From a virus (taxonomy: Duplodnaviria; Caudoviricetes), in IMG/VR virus record IMGVR_UViG_3300037780_000085, positions 1 through 42,427 of that record: a stretch of 42,427 bases of DNA. The stretch is one strand, 5' to 3'. This document shows, piece after piece, positions 24,290 through 33,417 of the stretch (the stretch's first letter is position 1; each line of letters starts with the position of its first letter). Position numbers and translations under genes: made by a program. A model generated the notes under the pieces. That model did not search any database. It was given only the letters and a program-made list of their open reading frames with translations, and was not told where the DNA came from.

Positions 24290-24453
24290 ACTCTACTTAC
24301 AACTGCTAACGTGTAGGATTTGCACCTACAAGCGGACCGTCGTCCTATTTGCTACCCACGTAGTTAAGCTGACTCGAACAGCACACCGCATCCCAACAGG
24401 CCACGGACTCGAACCGTGTTTACTTCTATTACGTTAGCATGTGTAAGTAGAGT
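24290..24453 (-). ncRNA. long-stem RNA carrying three T-arms (unassigned)
   Basis: ACTCTACTTAC/GTAAGTAGAGT plus TGCTAACGT/ACGTTAGCA stems; CACGG-TTCGAGT-CCGTG, GCTG-TTCGAGT-CAGC, GTAGG-TGCAAAT-CCTAC. Confidence 0.65.
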
Positions 24454-24559
24454 ACTATGAATACATGTTGGTGCATGTATTCCTCTACTTACTCCCACTA
24501 TCATCGACTTCAGTCTAAGCAGGTGTTGTTTGAAGCTACAGTTTTGTAGCAAAACAACC

Positions 24560-24583
24560 GTGTCTAAATTGTCAAAGAGCGTG
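24560..24583 (-). promoter_or_regulatory. boxA-like antitermination site
   Basis: CACGCTCTTTGACAATTTAGACAC. Confidence 0.7.
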
Positions 24584-24611
24584 TAAGCATTATTGCCTAC
24601 GTTGTCTAGCT

Positions 24612-24723
24612 AATATAGCACCTTGTGTTGCTATGTCAACTGTTTTTTTGCATTGCTTGGAAATCTACATGTGCGTTCCTTGCTTTGCCCTACTGTTATA
24701 CTGTGTTGTGTGTGCCTTGTCAA
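24612..24723 (-). promoter_or_regulatory. tandem sigma70-type promoters of tRNA array 2
   Basis: TTGACA-N17-TATAAC (24695-24723) and TTGACA-N16-TATATT (24612-24639). Confidence 0.7.
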
Positions 24724-24745
24724 TGTGTTTTTTGCTGTGCCTATT

Positions 24746-24776
24746 AAAAAACCCTCCTAAGCTTGTGCTTGGAGGG
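24746..24776 (-). terminator. intrinsic terminator of attenuator 2
   Basis: CCCTCCAAGC-ACAA-GCTTAGGAGGG-T6; stem identical to the one at 15616-15648. Confidence 0.85.
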
Positions 24777-24803
24777 CTACTTGCATTTTGATGTTAGTGT
24801 ATG

Positions 24804-24893
24804 CTAACCGCCGTATCCCTCCAAAAATAGATCCGCACCGGGATTACTCTGTCCTGATGTCCATATTACGGATAAAGCGAGTGAATTTCTCAT
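24804..24893 (-). CDS. putative attenuator leader peptide 2 (29 aa)
   Basis: MRNSLALSVIWTSGQSNPGADLFLEGYGG*; AAAGGA SD; TAAATA motif upstream; TTGGAGGG complementary to the terminator arm. Confidence 0.7.
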   Translation of the reverse strand: MRNSLALSVIWTSGQSNPGADLFLEGYGG

Positions 24894-24973
24894 TGAATTC
24901 GTTTCCTTTTTAAAATTACAAAGTTATTTATCATCTCAACAAAAAAACTGCTAAATATATGAAAGGATTGAAC

Positions 24974-25573
24974 ATGAAAATCAACGAATTAACTGGATTT
25001 AAATCTCACCCTATATATCGATTAGCACAGCAGTCTTTCAGTTTATTTGATCTAGAGAAAAAATTAGAAAAGACTGAATATGAAAAACTAAAGTTGGGCT
25101 CTGGACTGTATGCTGTGGTGTATGCCAAACCTGGTTCAGATGTAGTATATAAATTTTTTGACAAAAACGATGAAGGTTACTTGAGATATTTTAATTACGT
25201 AAAACAAAATCAAAACAATCCACATGTTCCTAAAATAATAGGAAGATTAATACGCTTAGATTTTTCTAAAAGACAAAGCACTTCCGGAAACGAATCTGTA
25301 AATGCATATATGTTAAAGTTAGAAAAACTTGAACCATTAAATTTAGATAATCCCAAGCATCTAAAAACCTATCAAAATATTGTTGCATTGTTTAATACGA
25401 TTAGAATTAATTCTTCAGATTCAACTCGTTTTGTACAAAAAATGGAAAAATCCTCCCCTCAATTGGTTGAATTGGTTTCTGATATCGATCACATGACCAG
25501 TGGATATGTAGATATTCACCCCGGTAATGTTATGGTTAGAAAAAATGGAACACCGGTGATCACTGACGTATAA
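24974..25573 (+). CDS. protein-kinase-like fold protein, paralog of 5741..6322
   Basis: MKINEL start, LGSGLYAVV, VYK, NPHVPK, LEKL, DIHPGN, TDV. Confidence 0.7.
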   Translation: MKINELTGFKSHPIYRLAQQSFSLFDLEKKLEKTEYEKLKLGSGLYAVVYAKPGSDVVYKFFDKNDEGYLRYFNYVKQNQNNPHVPKIIGRLIRLDFSKRQSTSGNESVNAYMLKLEKLEPLNLDNPKHLKTYQNIVALFNTIRINSSDSTRFVQKMEKSSPQLVELVSDIDHMTSGYVDIHPGNVMVRKNGTPVITDV

Positions 25574-25728
25574 GACACTTCATTTTTGTTCAAGAATTTT
25601 GATGCGATCTTCCATCCAACTTATCACAGCTTGTGTATCGGGCTTGGGTTTAGACTTGAGGTTAGAAACAGCTATATACAACCCCATTAGTTCTGCATAC
25701 TCTGTACTGGTTTTGGCCATATGCGTTC

Positions 25729-25959
25729 CTATTGTAAAGTTGTAATACCATAGTGAGTTTGTTTTCTAACTGCAATTTCATCGTATAGATAATCTGTGTA
25801 GGCTTGTATTTCTTCTTCGGTGATGTCCTCATCGCTTTTTTCTAAGAAAATTCTATCTAGCCTAACCCAGTCGTCGTCTGTCATAGAATTTCTCAATGGA
25901 TGAATTGCATTCTCAGGATCAATCAGTCTTTTAACCATTACCGCCCCCAACAAAACCAA
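25729..25959 (-). CDS. hypothetical protein
   Basis: ORF track; real start probably MVKRL. Confidence 0.5.
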   Translation of the reverse strand: MVLLGAVMVKRLIDPENAIHPLRNSMTDDDWVRLDRIFLEKSDEDITEEEIQAYTDYLYDEIAVRKQTHYGITTLQ

Positions 25960-26272
25960 ATAGTCTATTTACACTTTTAACACGATTATAACGAAAACTA
26001 CGCCATCCTCTTGCATCCGTGTCCCAAACAACTATCACCTTCTCTTCGAGATTTCTGATCTTTGTTTGACTGAGCGGATCTTCTCGGCTAGCTTCGGGCA
26101 TATAGTTTCGATCAAGTGTACAGATCATTGTGCGTTCATCACCGTTCAGTTTATCAAAAGTTACTTCGAATACACCTTTGGATAAAGATTCAATCAGTTC
26201 TTGCTGTGTGGGTATTCCCTTGAGTGCTGCAACTGTATCAGCGACTTGTGATGACTCGGTCTGCGAATCCAT
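25931..26272 (-). CDS. SH3/WYL-like beta-barrel protein
   Basis: VTF.K.NG.ER.M.CTL and VWD....GWRSFR motifs. Confidence 0.7.
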   Translation of the reverse strand: MDSQTESSQVADTVAALKGIPTQQELIESLSKGVFEVTFDKLNGDERTMICTLDRNYMPEASREDPLSQTKIRNLEEKVIVVWDTDARGWRSFRYNRVKSVNRLFGFVGGGNG

Positions 26273-26855
26273 TCTCTACTGCCTCCTCTGCCGTTAAAAA
26301 TGTATCAAACTTCATGGTTTCGAACAGTTCTTCGTAGGTCTTGCCTGCGGTGTTGTGCCTTACGTACAATTCTGTAAGCCTTTGATTAAGCCGTTTTGAT
26401 TCCTCAAAATAACGACGCGCATCTTCGAATTCAAGTTCTTGCACATGCACTGAACCACGTGTGCCCGGTGTACCTGAACTAACACGATGAATCATTGTGC
26501 GGCTTTCGGGTAGTACGAATCTCTTGCCTTTGGCCCCTGCCTGTGCAAGAAAACTGCCCATGCTAGCAGCCTGGCCCATCACGATGGTTTTTACATCAGG
26601 TTTGATAAACTGCATAGTGTCGTAGATTGCCAATCCTGCTGTTACTGATCCTCCTGGTGAGTTGATATAGAGGTTGATATCTTTTTCAGAATTGTCTGAT
26701 TCCAAAAACAACATCTGAGCAATGATTAGATTGGCCATACCATCTTCAACTTCTCCTTGCATCATAACAATACGGTCTTGAAGCAGTCTCGAAAATATGT
26801 CATAGGATCGTTCTCCTATGCTTGTTTTTTCAACTACGATTGGTACTAAAGACAT
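26238..26855 (-). CDS. clpP: ATP-dependent Clp protease proteolytic subunit
   Basis: [38 protein letters not shown] (Ser), MIH (His). Confidence 0.95.
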   Translation of the reverse strand: MSLVPIVVEKTSIGERSYDIFSRLLQDRIVMMQGEVEDGMANLIIAQMLFLESDNSEKDINLYINSPGGSVTAGLAIYDTMQFIKPDVKTIVMGQAASMGSFLAQAGAKGKRFVLPESRTMIHRVSSGTPGTRGSVHVQELEFEDARRYFEESKRLNQRLTELYVRHNTAGKTYEELFETMKFDTFLTAEEAVENGFADRVITSR

Positions 26856-26888
26856 TTATTTTCCTTTTTGTGTGATTCGGTTCAAAAG

Positions 26889-27167
26889 TTAAACTTCGCC
26901 GGAGTTTTTGCTGCCGCGCAAGCCATTGAGTTTGATGTTAAGTACAAAATTTTCAACCAGCAGCTTGGCCATCGTACTCATGCTAACAATGCCACGTTGT
27001 TCTTCAGGCACTGTTTCTAACTGTTCAATAACATTAGAAGCCATCATTAGATAAGCTTCATCTTCTGTGAGAGTAAGTTGACTCCAGTCAATGGGCTCTA
27101 TCATTTTTGCTTCTTTTGCTAGGGCAGCAATTTGATGTATAGTATTAACTCTTTCTTCTTCGTCCAT
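26889..27167 (-). CDS. hypothetical protein
   Basis: AGGAG SD. Confidence 0.65.
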   Translation of the reverse strand: MDEEERVNTIHQIAALAKEAKMIEPIDWSQLTLTEDEAYLMMASNVIEQLETVPEEQRGIVSMSTMAKLLVENFVLNIKLNGLRGSKNSGEV

Positions 27168-27181
27168 TTCTATCTCCTAGT

Positions 27182-27376
27182 TTATATTGTATCATCGTTA
27201 TCTATATCTGGATTGATACCGAAAAAATGAACACAAAGTTCTACAATGCTATCGGGTATTTCTGTGTTTTGGTTGTCTTCCGGCACCCAAATACCTTTGA
27301 GTTTCCCTGTTTTGCCACAGACAATCAATCCATAATCTGTATCTTCTAGTGCATCATCAAAACTGATTTTAGTCAT
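27182..27376 (-). CDS. hypothetical protein
   Basis: ORF track; AAGGA SD. Confidence 0.6.
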   Translation of the reverse strand: MTKISFDDALEDTDYGLIVCGKTGKLKGIWVPEDNQNTEIPDSIVELCVHFFGINPDIDNDDTI

Positions 27377-27521
27377 TTGGCTGCATTCCTTTTTTTGTAA
27401 AACTTTTTGCTCTGCGTACTAATTCTTCTTCGGAAAGTCTACTGTCGCTGAGATAACGTTTCCACCTTTTATAAAGTTTTGCTTTATTCTTATTTTGTTT
27501 GCTCTTCATTTTGTTAAATCT

Positions 27522-27761
27522 TTAAAAAGTGAGACTGTTGTTTCTGGCGGCAAACACTTTTTCTCTAACACTTCGAGTATATATGTCACCGGGCAGATTG
27601 TCAAGCATTTCTAGAAGAAACTGCCAGTCTTCTCGTTGAAGTGTACCTTCGTTGCTGATCTCTGCTTTTCTGCTGCGCAGTTCTTCAAGGAGTTCTTGGT
27701 CGCTCCACTCACTGAGGTCGACTTCGACTTCCACATAGGTGTCTATGGTTTTATAGCTCAT
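27522..27761 (-). CDS. hypothetical protein
   Basis: VEVEVDLSEWSDQELLEEL motif; GAGGAG SD. Confidence 0.65.
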   Translation of the reverse strand: MSYKTIDTYVEVEVDLSEWSDQELLEELRSRKAEISNEGTLQREDWQFLLEMLDNLPGDIYTRSVREKVFAARNNSLTF

Positions 27762-28684
27762 TATCTTTCTCCTCGGGTTTTACAAAACGGTGATAATAAA
27801 AAACTGAGCCTACAGAGAGCAAAACTCCCGTTGCGATTACCCAACCGTCACCTAGCACAACACCGATGCCCAGAGTGAACCCGGCATATAGTGATAAAAC
27901 CGCAAGTGCTCCTGATTTACTCATCGTTTTTCACCATTGCTTGAGCCCATGTTTCTTTCCATCCGCTGTGAGGAGCAAACACAACACCACCTTGAGGAAC
28001 CCAACCAAGTTCGATGAGTTTTTTGACTGCATCCTGCAGATCGTATCTGGTTCTTTCTTCAACAATGCGATAGTTCATAATGTATTCCTTTACTCAATGT
28101 CTAAAACATCTACAGTACCTAGACCAAAAGCCAGTGGACCTAGAAAGAACATGCATCCACCTTTCCAGAACTCTACACCTAGAGTGAACATAGTAGGTTT
28201 AAAAAGCAGAAGAATGCCAAACTCTCGTTCTACCCAATATTTACCATACAGTGTGCGCCATTGTGCAGGTTCAATCACATACTTCATTTTCCAGTCTCCT
28301 TTAAATTTTCAAAATTACGATATTTGTCAAGGCGACGACGATATTCGTGTATGTGGATAAGATTGCGGTTAATCCAACTAAACATCGTCTTTTCCTTTCG
28401 TTAAATCAACTACAGTGTCAAGATTGCGCTTTGCTCGTGCTACACTAGGATATTCACGTTCTAAGTGTCGGGTTCCTTGGCGATACTGTAGCTGGGGTTC
28501 ACCTTCTTTATTGACTCCCCAGTAGTATTCTCGACCTTTTTCAAAACGGTTTACGACACGCTGTAAACTTCGACGTTGAGATGCAACAACGCCGACGAGT
28601 ATGTTCCTATCCTTTTTATATATTGACTCAAGTTCTTTCAGCGTGTCAATCTCTTCACGCATAGCGTCTAGCAGAGTGTAAGTT

Positions 28685-29086
28685 TCATTTGCCATATTGA
28701 TTACTTTCAAAAACTGAGTAAGGGGTTTCGTCTTCGTCATCGTCGTGCGCTGTTGTTGCAGGTCCCTGCAACATCTTCCAAGTTACATACCTGCTGCGAC
28801 GTTCGTCTTCATCGTTGACCCATGCTTGAACTGCTTCGTAGCTGCCGTATGCTGTAGTCGGTACATTTTTTTCAATTTCTTGCGCAATTTGTGCAATAGC
28901 AGGCTTGTTCCAATGATCTGCTTTAGCAACAGCACCGAACAAATCATTTGCTAGCATAGATGTAACGAATCCTCCAGGTTCAAATCCTCGCATAACATAG
29001 TGTTCTAAAGTCTGTGCAAGATATTTGTTGCGCAGATCCCAGTTGTGGTAGAATTCATGCTTAGAATATTCTTGTTCCATTACCAT
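28685..29086 (-). CDS. hypothetical phage protein
   Basis: PGGF..ANDL..A..AD motif. Confidence 0.7.
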   Translation of the reverse strand: MVMEQEYSKHEFYHNWDLRNKYLAQTLEHYVMRGFEPGGFVTSMLANDLFGAVAKADHWNKPAIAQIAQEIEKNVPTTAYGSYEAVQAWVNDEDERRSRYVTWKMLQGPATTAHDDDEDETPYSVFESNQYGK

Positions 29087-29272
29087 AGACTCACATCTGT
29101 AATATCTTCTTCGCCCAACACCTTAGGAGCAATCTTTCGAAAAAGATTTCCTCGATCGTAAAACACAGCAATGTCGTCGCTGCCGATGCCTGAGCCGTTT
29201 CCACGACTTTGTATTCCTACAGTATCTGCTTCAGGATAACAATCAAGCAGTTCGTTAAGCTGACGAATTTGT

Positions 29273-29878
29273 TTAGAACTCAGCATCATCATCTTTTACT
29301 TTCTTTGCAATAGTCTTGTGAATACCAGGATTTACTTTCAGTACGTGAGGCATCATCTCATGTCTAATGTAGTTACGAGTATAGTGTATATCTTCGTTGC
29401 TGTCATCCTCTATCCACGGTACGTTATGCAAACGACACCACATTTCCAAATCTCTCTTACGGGTGAGGCGAAACGGACGAATCACATGATTGCGACGATA
29501 GGGAATCCATTTGCCTGTGCCGTGCAAACTGCTCCATACCCAAGTTTCTACACAATCATCCAAGTGATGACAGGTAACAACCGGCGCACCAAGAAATCTG
29601 TCTAAAAATTCATAACGCTGCTCACGCCACCATTCTTCTCTGCTAGGTCCTGGCGGAATAGTACCATGCGTTTCACCGACGGTAAGCGGAATCTGGTTCT
29701 CAGTGCAGTAGCGTTCCATAAATGCTCGGGCCTGCTCGCCGTGGGCTGTTCCGTGATCAAAATGCAATACATGTACTTGGTGGTTACGACGGAGAAAATC
29801 CAATGCTGCCATAGAATCTACCCCGCCCGAACAAGCAAGCCAAATCTTTCTAGGAAGTTTACCTTGCAGCTTGATCAA
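29273..29878 (-). CDS. tilS: tRNA(Ile)-lysidine synthase, N-terminal catalytic domain only
   Basis: SGGVDSM PP-loop, R..RY, HHLDDCVET, IRP, EDDSN, RNYIRH. Confidence 0.88.
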   Translation of the reverse strand: MIKLQGKLPRKIWLACSGGVDSMAALDFLRRNHQVHVLHFDHGTAHGEQARAFMERYCTENQIPLTVGETHGTIPPGPSREEWWREQRYEFLDRFLGAPVVTCHHLDDCVETWVWSSLHGTGKWIPYRRNHVIRPFRLTRKRDLEMWCRLHNVPWIEDDSNEDIHYTRNYIRHEMMPHVLKVNPGIHKTIAKKVKDDDAEF

Positions 29879-30585
29879 CGAAAATACCTTGCTTTGCCAT
29901 ATCGCACTCGATTCATATTTGTGCCTTTGAGTATGTTCCAGGCTCGGCGCTTGTCTAGTCCGGGCCAGTCATCTGCAAAAAACTTGACCGAAAAGCCATA
30001 TCGGTTGTTATATATGCCGCCGCCTGTGCCAGTGTGAATACGAGTACCTTCCATGATATCAGAGCCAAAACAGGGCAGTTCATGACTGATTTGGTATTCA
30101 ATTTTTCCGTCCCAGCCAGGATAACCACAAGGAGCATTTTGATCTCTGCCGGCCCAGTTGGTAACACCGTTGTGCGGACAATCATGACTGTTGCTCACAC
30201 TGTCGCCCCACCATAGATCGAGATATGTGATCTTGACTGTGAAAGCGTCACGAATTCTGTCGTAGTGTTTTGTATCACTGGAAAATCCACGACGTCGAGC
30301 ATTGTCAAGAAACCATTCAGGATGAAGTTCTACCCACCGAACAATCTTTTCAAAACTGGTTTGATTCCACAGATCTTCGCCAAGACGCTGCCAGCGATTT
30401 TGTCGTGCCCTTCGATGCATACGAGTAGTACGCAAGGTTTTGAGATGCTTGACATAGGCAGATTTGGTGCTGTAGAGCTCGTCGGTCCAAGGACAGAGAT
30501 ATGCCCGGCCAATTTTAGCTTTTTCTAAAGGAATGATTTTGCCTTGGTATTTATAAGCTTTGATCGCAGGCACAAGAACCTCCAT
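29875..30585 (-). CDS. hypothetical protein
   Basis: 236-aa ORF overlapping the tilS start. Confidence 0.7.
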   Translation of the reverse strand: MEVLVPAIKAYKYQGKIIPLEKAKIGRAYLCPWTDELYSTKSAYVKHLKTLRTTRMHRRARQNRWQRLGEDLWNQTSFEKIVRWVELHPEWFLDNARRRGFSSDTKHYDRIRDAFTVKITYLDLWWGDSVSNSHDCPHNGVTNWAGRDQNAPCGYPGWDGKIEYQISHELPCFGSDIMEGTRIHTGTGGGIYNNRYGFSVKFFADDWPGLDKRRAWNILKGTNMNRVRYGKARYFR

Positions 30586-30637
30586 GAGTTTGTGAATCTA
30601 CATAAACAATTTACTTTCATCGTGCCTGCGTGTCAAT

Positions 30638-31264
30638 CTAAATCTCAAGATCGATATAGTCCAACTCACCCAGACAGATGAATTCAGTGCTGTTGATCTC
30701 TTGGCGTTTGCTAACGTGCCAGTGACCAAATACCCAAACCTCCGGCTGATGAATTTCAAACATCGTCTGAAATGCTTCACCTGTGCGTGTAAGAATTTGA
30801 ACATTTCCGCCCAGAGACTTACCTCCACGAATGAACATGTGATATGCAACTGTGGTTGGACAGTCGTGTGTGATCATCACACGTGGGCGTGCAGCAGCGT
30901 AAACGTCGATCAGCGTCTCCAGTTCACTGTAGCTGAGTTCTTCGTCTTCCCACCAGTCAACGCCAGGGATACGATGTTTGTGGTCAATGCTCCAAGCACC
31001 ACCGATGTACATCACATCATTTTCCACTGTGCCATCAGCGATGTAACCCGTCATCTCTGTGCGACATCGGTGAGGTTCATCGTGGTTTCCCCTGATGAAA
31101 CGATGTTGTCCCGAGCTGTGAAATTCGTTGACTGTGTCGTGCCAGTATTGCCCTCCGAAGCCTACGCCGAAGTCTCCCACCTGAACTGTTAGGTAGTCAA
31201 CATCAGCAATTTCACGATACCGGTCAAACTTGCCGTGAATGTCACCAATCAATCGTGTGGTCAT
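30638..31264 (-). CDS. calcineurin-like metallophosphoesterase
   Basis: GDIHG, VGDFG, GNHD, THDCP, FGHWH. Confidence 0.9.
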   Translation of the reverse strand: MTTRLIGDIHGKFDRYREIADVDYLTVQVGDFGVGFGGQYWHDTVNEFHSSGQHRFIRGNHDEPHRCRTEMTGYIADGTVENDVMYIGGAWSIDHKHRIPGVDWWEDEELSYSELETLIDVYAAARPRVMITHDCPTTVAYHMFIRGGKSLGGNVQILTRTGEAFQTMFEIHQPEVWVFGHWHVSKRQEINSTEFICLGELDYIDLEI

Positions 31265-31710
31265 GTCTTGTCTCCGTATTTGGCGATGAGGGCACGAGCG
31301 TCTAATAAATACTCGTCAGTCCAGTTTGGTGGGCGTCCCACCACCCTTATTACGGCTTCGTTCCAATCTTCGTTCTGTTTTACAAGTCGCCGCAACCCCT
31401 CCACCAGTTCCGCAATGGCGGAGGTGTGTAGATCAAGCGTTACCAGTTCTTCAACTGTACTTCCGGGACTTTCCGCCCGCGCAGTTTCAGCAACGTGACC
31501 GTCTTCCCAAAGACCAATATGCATACCCGTTGGGCTATAGACTGCGAACCTATGCCCGTGGTCTTTTTGTTTCTGTTCGTTAATTGTCATCACTTGTCTC
31601 CGTTGTTTGCACAGGCTGTGTTCGTTCTTCGAGAATGGTTCTAGTATCACAACTGTATAACATCACAAGAACAACTACAATCCACAAAAAAGTGTTATCG
31701 CTGTAGAGTT

Positions 31711-32037
31711 TCATCCCTCTCCCTCTAAACGCTTGGTTTCGTTTCTCAGATCCATTTCCGGAGGATTCTCTGCCTCGGTGATTGGTTGATGCTGTAGAGT
31801 GGCACGGGCACATTTTCCTCTGTCTTCATATGCAAGAGCGTAGAAAAAAAGCGCCTCGCGCAACCGCGCTGTTTCTGCTTTTTGCTCTTTACACTCTGCA
31901 GCAAGAGCACGAATCAGCGCCACGGCCTTGTGAAGAATTCGGTGCGGCCATGCAATTTTGGCGTGAGGGTGTCCTTTACAGTTGTCCAGTATTTCTTGAC
32001 AAATCAGATCAATTTCTTCTGTTGGAGTGTCTGGCAT
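31711..32037 (-). CDS. hypothetical protein
   Basis: ORF track; coupled to the upstream gene. Confidence 0.55.
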   Translation of the reverse strand: MPDTPTEEIDLICQEILDNCKGHPHAKIAWPHRILHKAVALIRALAAECKEQKAETARLREALFFYALAYEDRGKCARATLQHQPITEAENPPEMDLRNETKRLEGEG

Positions 32038-32354
32038 TAGTTATTGTCCCATTTCCAATCGTTTATCATTTCTTGAATATAATCTTCGGTGAAAATCTCT
32101 TCTTCACCGTATTCAAAACATCCACGCCCCGTTTGATGCTCAAAGGTGAGCAATCCTGCTCTCGGAGCACCCGGTTTACTGCACACACCCCAATCGGCAC
32201 CCAGCACACCTTCCAGTGGCACAAACCACTTGCAGCCCATGCTACAGTCGGGATAATCGTCGTCATCTGCCCAACGTTCGACATCACCGCCATAATCGGT
32301 GTAGTCAGTGGGCAAACGCTTGGTTACAGAAAAAAGTCGCTCATGCTCGGTCAT
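32037..32354 (-). CDS. Cys-rich protein (DUF3027-like)
   Basis: CxxGCxWFVPLxGxLGADWGVC...HxxGxGC. Confidence 0.65.
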   Translation of the reverse strand: MTEHERLFSVTKRLPTDYTDYGGDVERWADDDDYPDCSMGCKWFVPLEGVLGADWGVCSKPGAPRAGLLTFEHQTGRGCFEYGEEEIFTEDYIQEMINDWKWDNN

Positions 32355-32836
32355 TTTTTCTCCTTGAATACTCCGAGTCCCAATCGACTCTCGGGCCGTC
32401 TCAAACCCGCACGAATCACTAACTCATCATTTTCATTGTATTTGATTAACCAATTGAGATAATCTTTGTTAAACAAAGGAATGTTGGTAATGCGTCGCAG
32501 CATGTCTTTTGGATATTCATGCATGGCATACTGATCTCCAAGATACTTCTTGCCTTTGAGATAGAACCAAGTAGTACGCCGTTCGAAGTAGTCACGGGTG
32601 AGAGGCTTGAAAGAAACATCATAGGTTTGTTTTACACCAGCAGGTAGCTTCTTGATGTCACTTTCTCTCATGATGTAGTGTTTTTTGTATTTCATTTGAT
32701 TTCTCCCTTTGACTCCTTCTTGGTATGTCTGGGCCGCTAATTTATGCCAAAGATCCTGTTCTTTCTTTATCAATGACACTTCAAGATCTTCAAAATTTTC
32801 TCTCAGTACTTCTTCTATTTTTTGATAGGTTTTCAT
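32351..32836 (-). CDS. hypothetical protein
   Basis: ORF track. Confidence 0.65.
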   Translation of the reverse strand: MKTYQKIEEVLRENFEDLEVSLIKKEQDLWHKLAAQTYQEGVKGRNQMKYKKHYIMRESDIKKLPAGVKQTYDVSFKPLTRDYFERRTTWFYLKGKKYLGDQYAMHEYPKDMLRRITNIPLFNKDYLNWLIKYNENDELVIRAGLRRPESRLGLGVFKEKK

Positions 32837-32869
32837 ATCTATAGCCTTTTCAGATGCTTGAGATTAGCA

Positions 32870-33178
32870 CTATTCTCTAAAGGTGTCAATCTTTTTCACG
32901 GCTGCTATTCGTTCTTCTCGGGTCATGGGTGGCTCGGAGGGAGATTTAATCCAACGCCTGTATTGGTTCTCTTCATAGGTCAATTCTTTGCTCAAATACT
33001 CACCACTCCACGAGTCAATCACGTCGGCCGTTTCTAACAGACTTGCTATTACATTAGCAGTATCTCCCCGTCTATATTCTAGATCGCTGCTCGTTCCGGC
33101 TCCGAGAAATTCTGCACGTTCTCTCAATGCCTGTGCTAGACTTTTAATAGGATCGTATCCATGCATGATTTTCGTCAT
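32870..33178 (-). CDS. hypothetical protein
   Basis: ORF track. Confidence 0.6.
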   Translation of the reverse strand: MTKIMHGYDPIKSLAQALRERAEFLGAGTSSDLEYRRGDTANVIASLLETADVIDSWSGEYLSKELTYEENQYRRWIKSPSEPPMTREERIAAVKKIDTFRE

Positions 33179-33416
33179 AAACTGTTCCAGTATGCTCTAA
33201 TCGGTTTACATCAAACATCAAAAACAACAATGTTTCTTGTTTTTCATCTACGGTAGTGAGGGTTATTTCGTTTGATTTGAGAATTTGAAAATTTCCGCGT
33301 ATATTCATTTCTATTCGTTCAATATCAGATTCTATGTTAAAATCAATGCCAGCAGAATAGAGCTGATGTATTTGTCTATCTGATATGGTATCTCGCAATC
33401 GCCAAATTTTTTGCAT
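33144..33416 (-). CDS. hypothetical protein (distant member of the DE..F.L family)
   Basis: Start MQKIW after GGAG. Confidence 0.55.
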   Translation of the reverse strand: MQKIWRLRDTISDRQIHQLYSAGIDFNIESDIERIEMNIRGNFQILKSNEITLTTVDEKQETLLFLMFDVNRLEHTGTVYDENHAWIRSY

Positions 33417-33417
33417 G

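Noticed and set aside
12900-24600. Numerous ORF-track ORFs over the tRNA/ncRNA island (e.g. 13598-14260, 14906-15427, 22656-23072)
   Set aside because: They overlap or are antisense to tRNA genes, with no SD and no protein-like motifs
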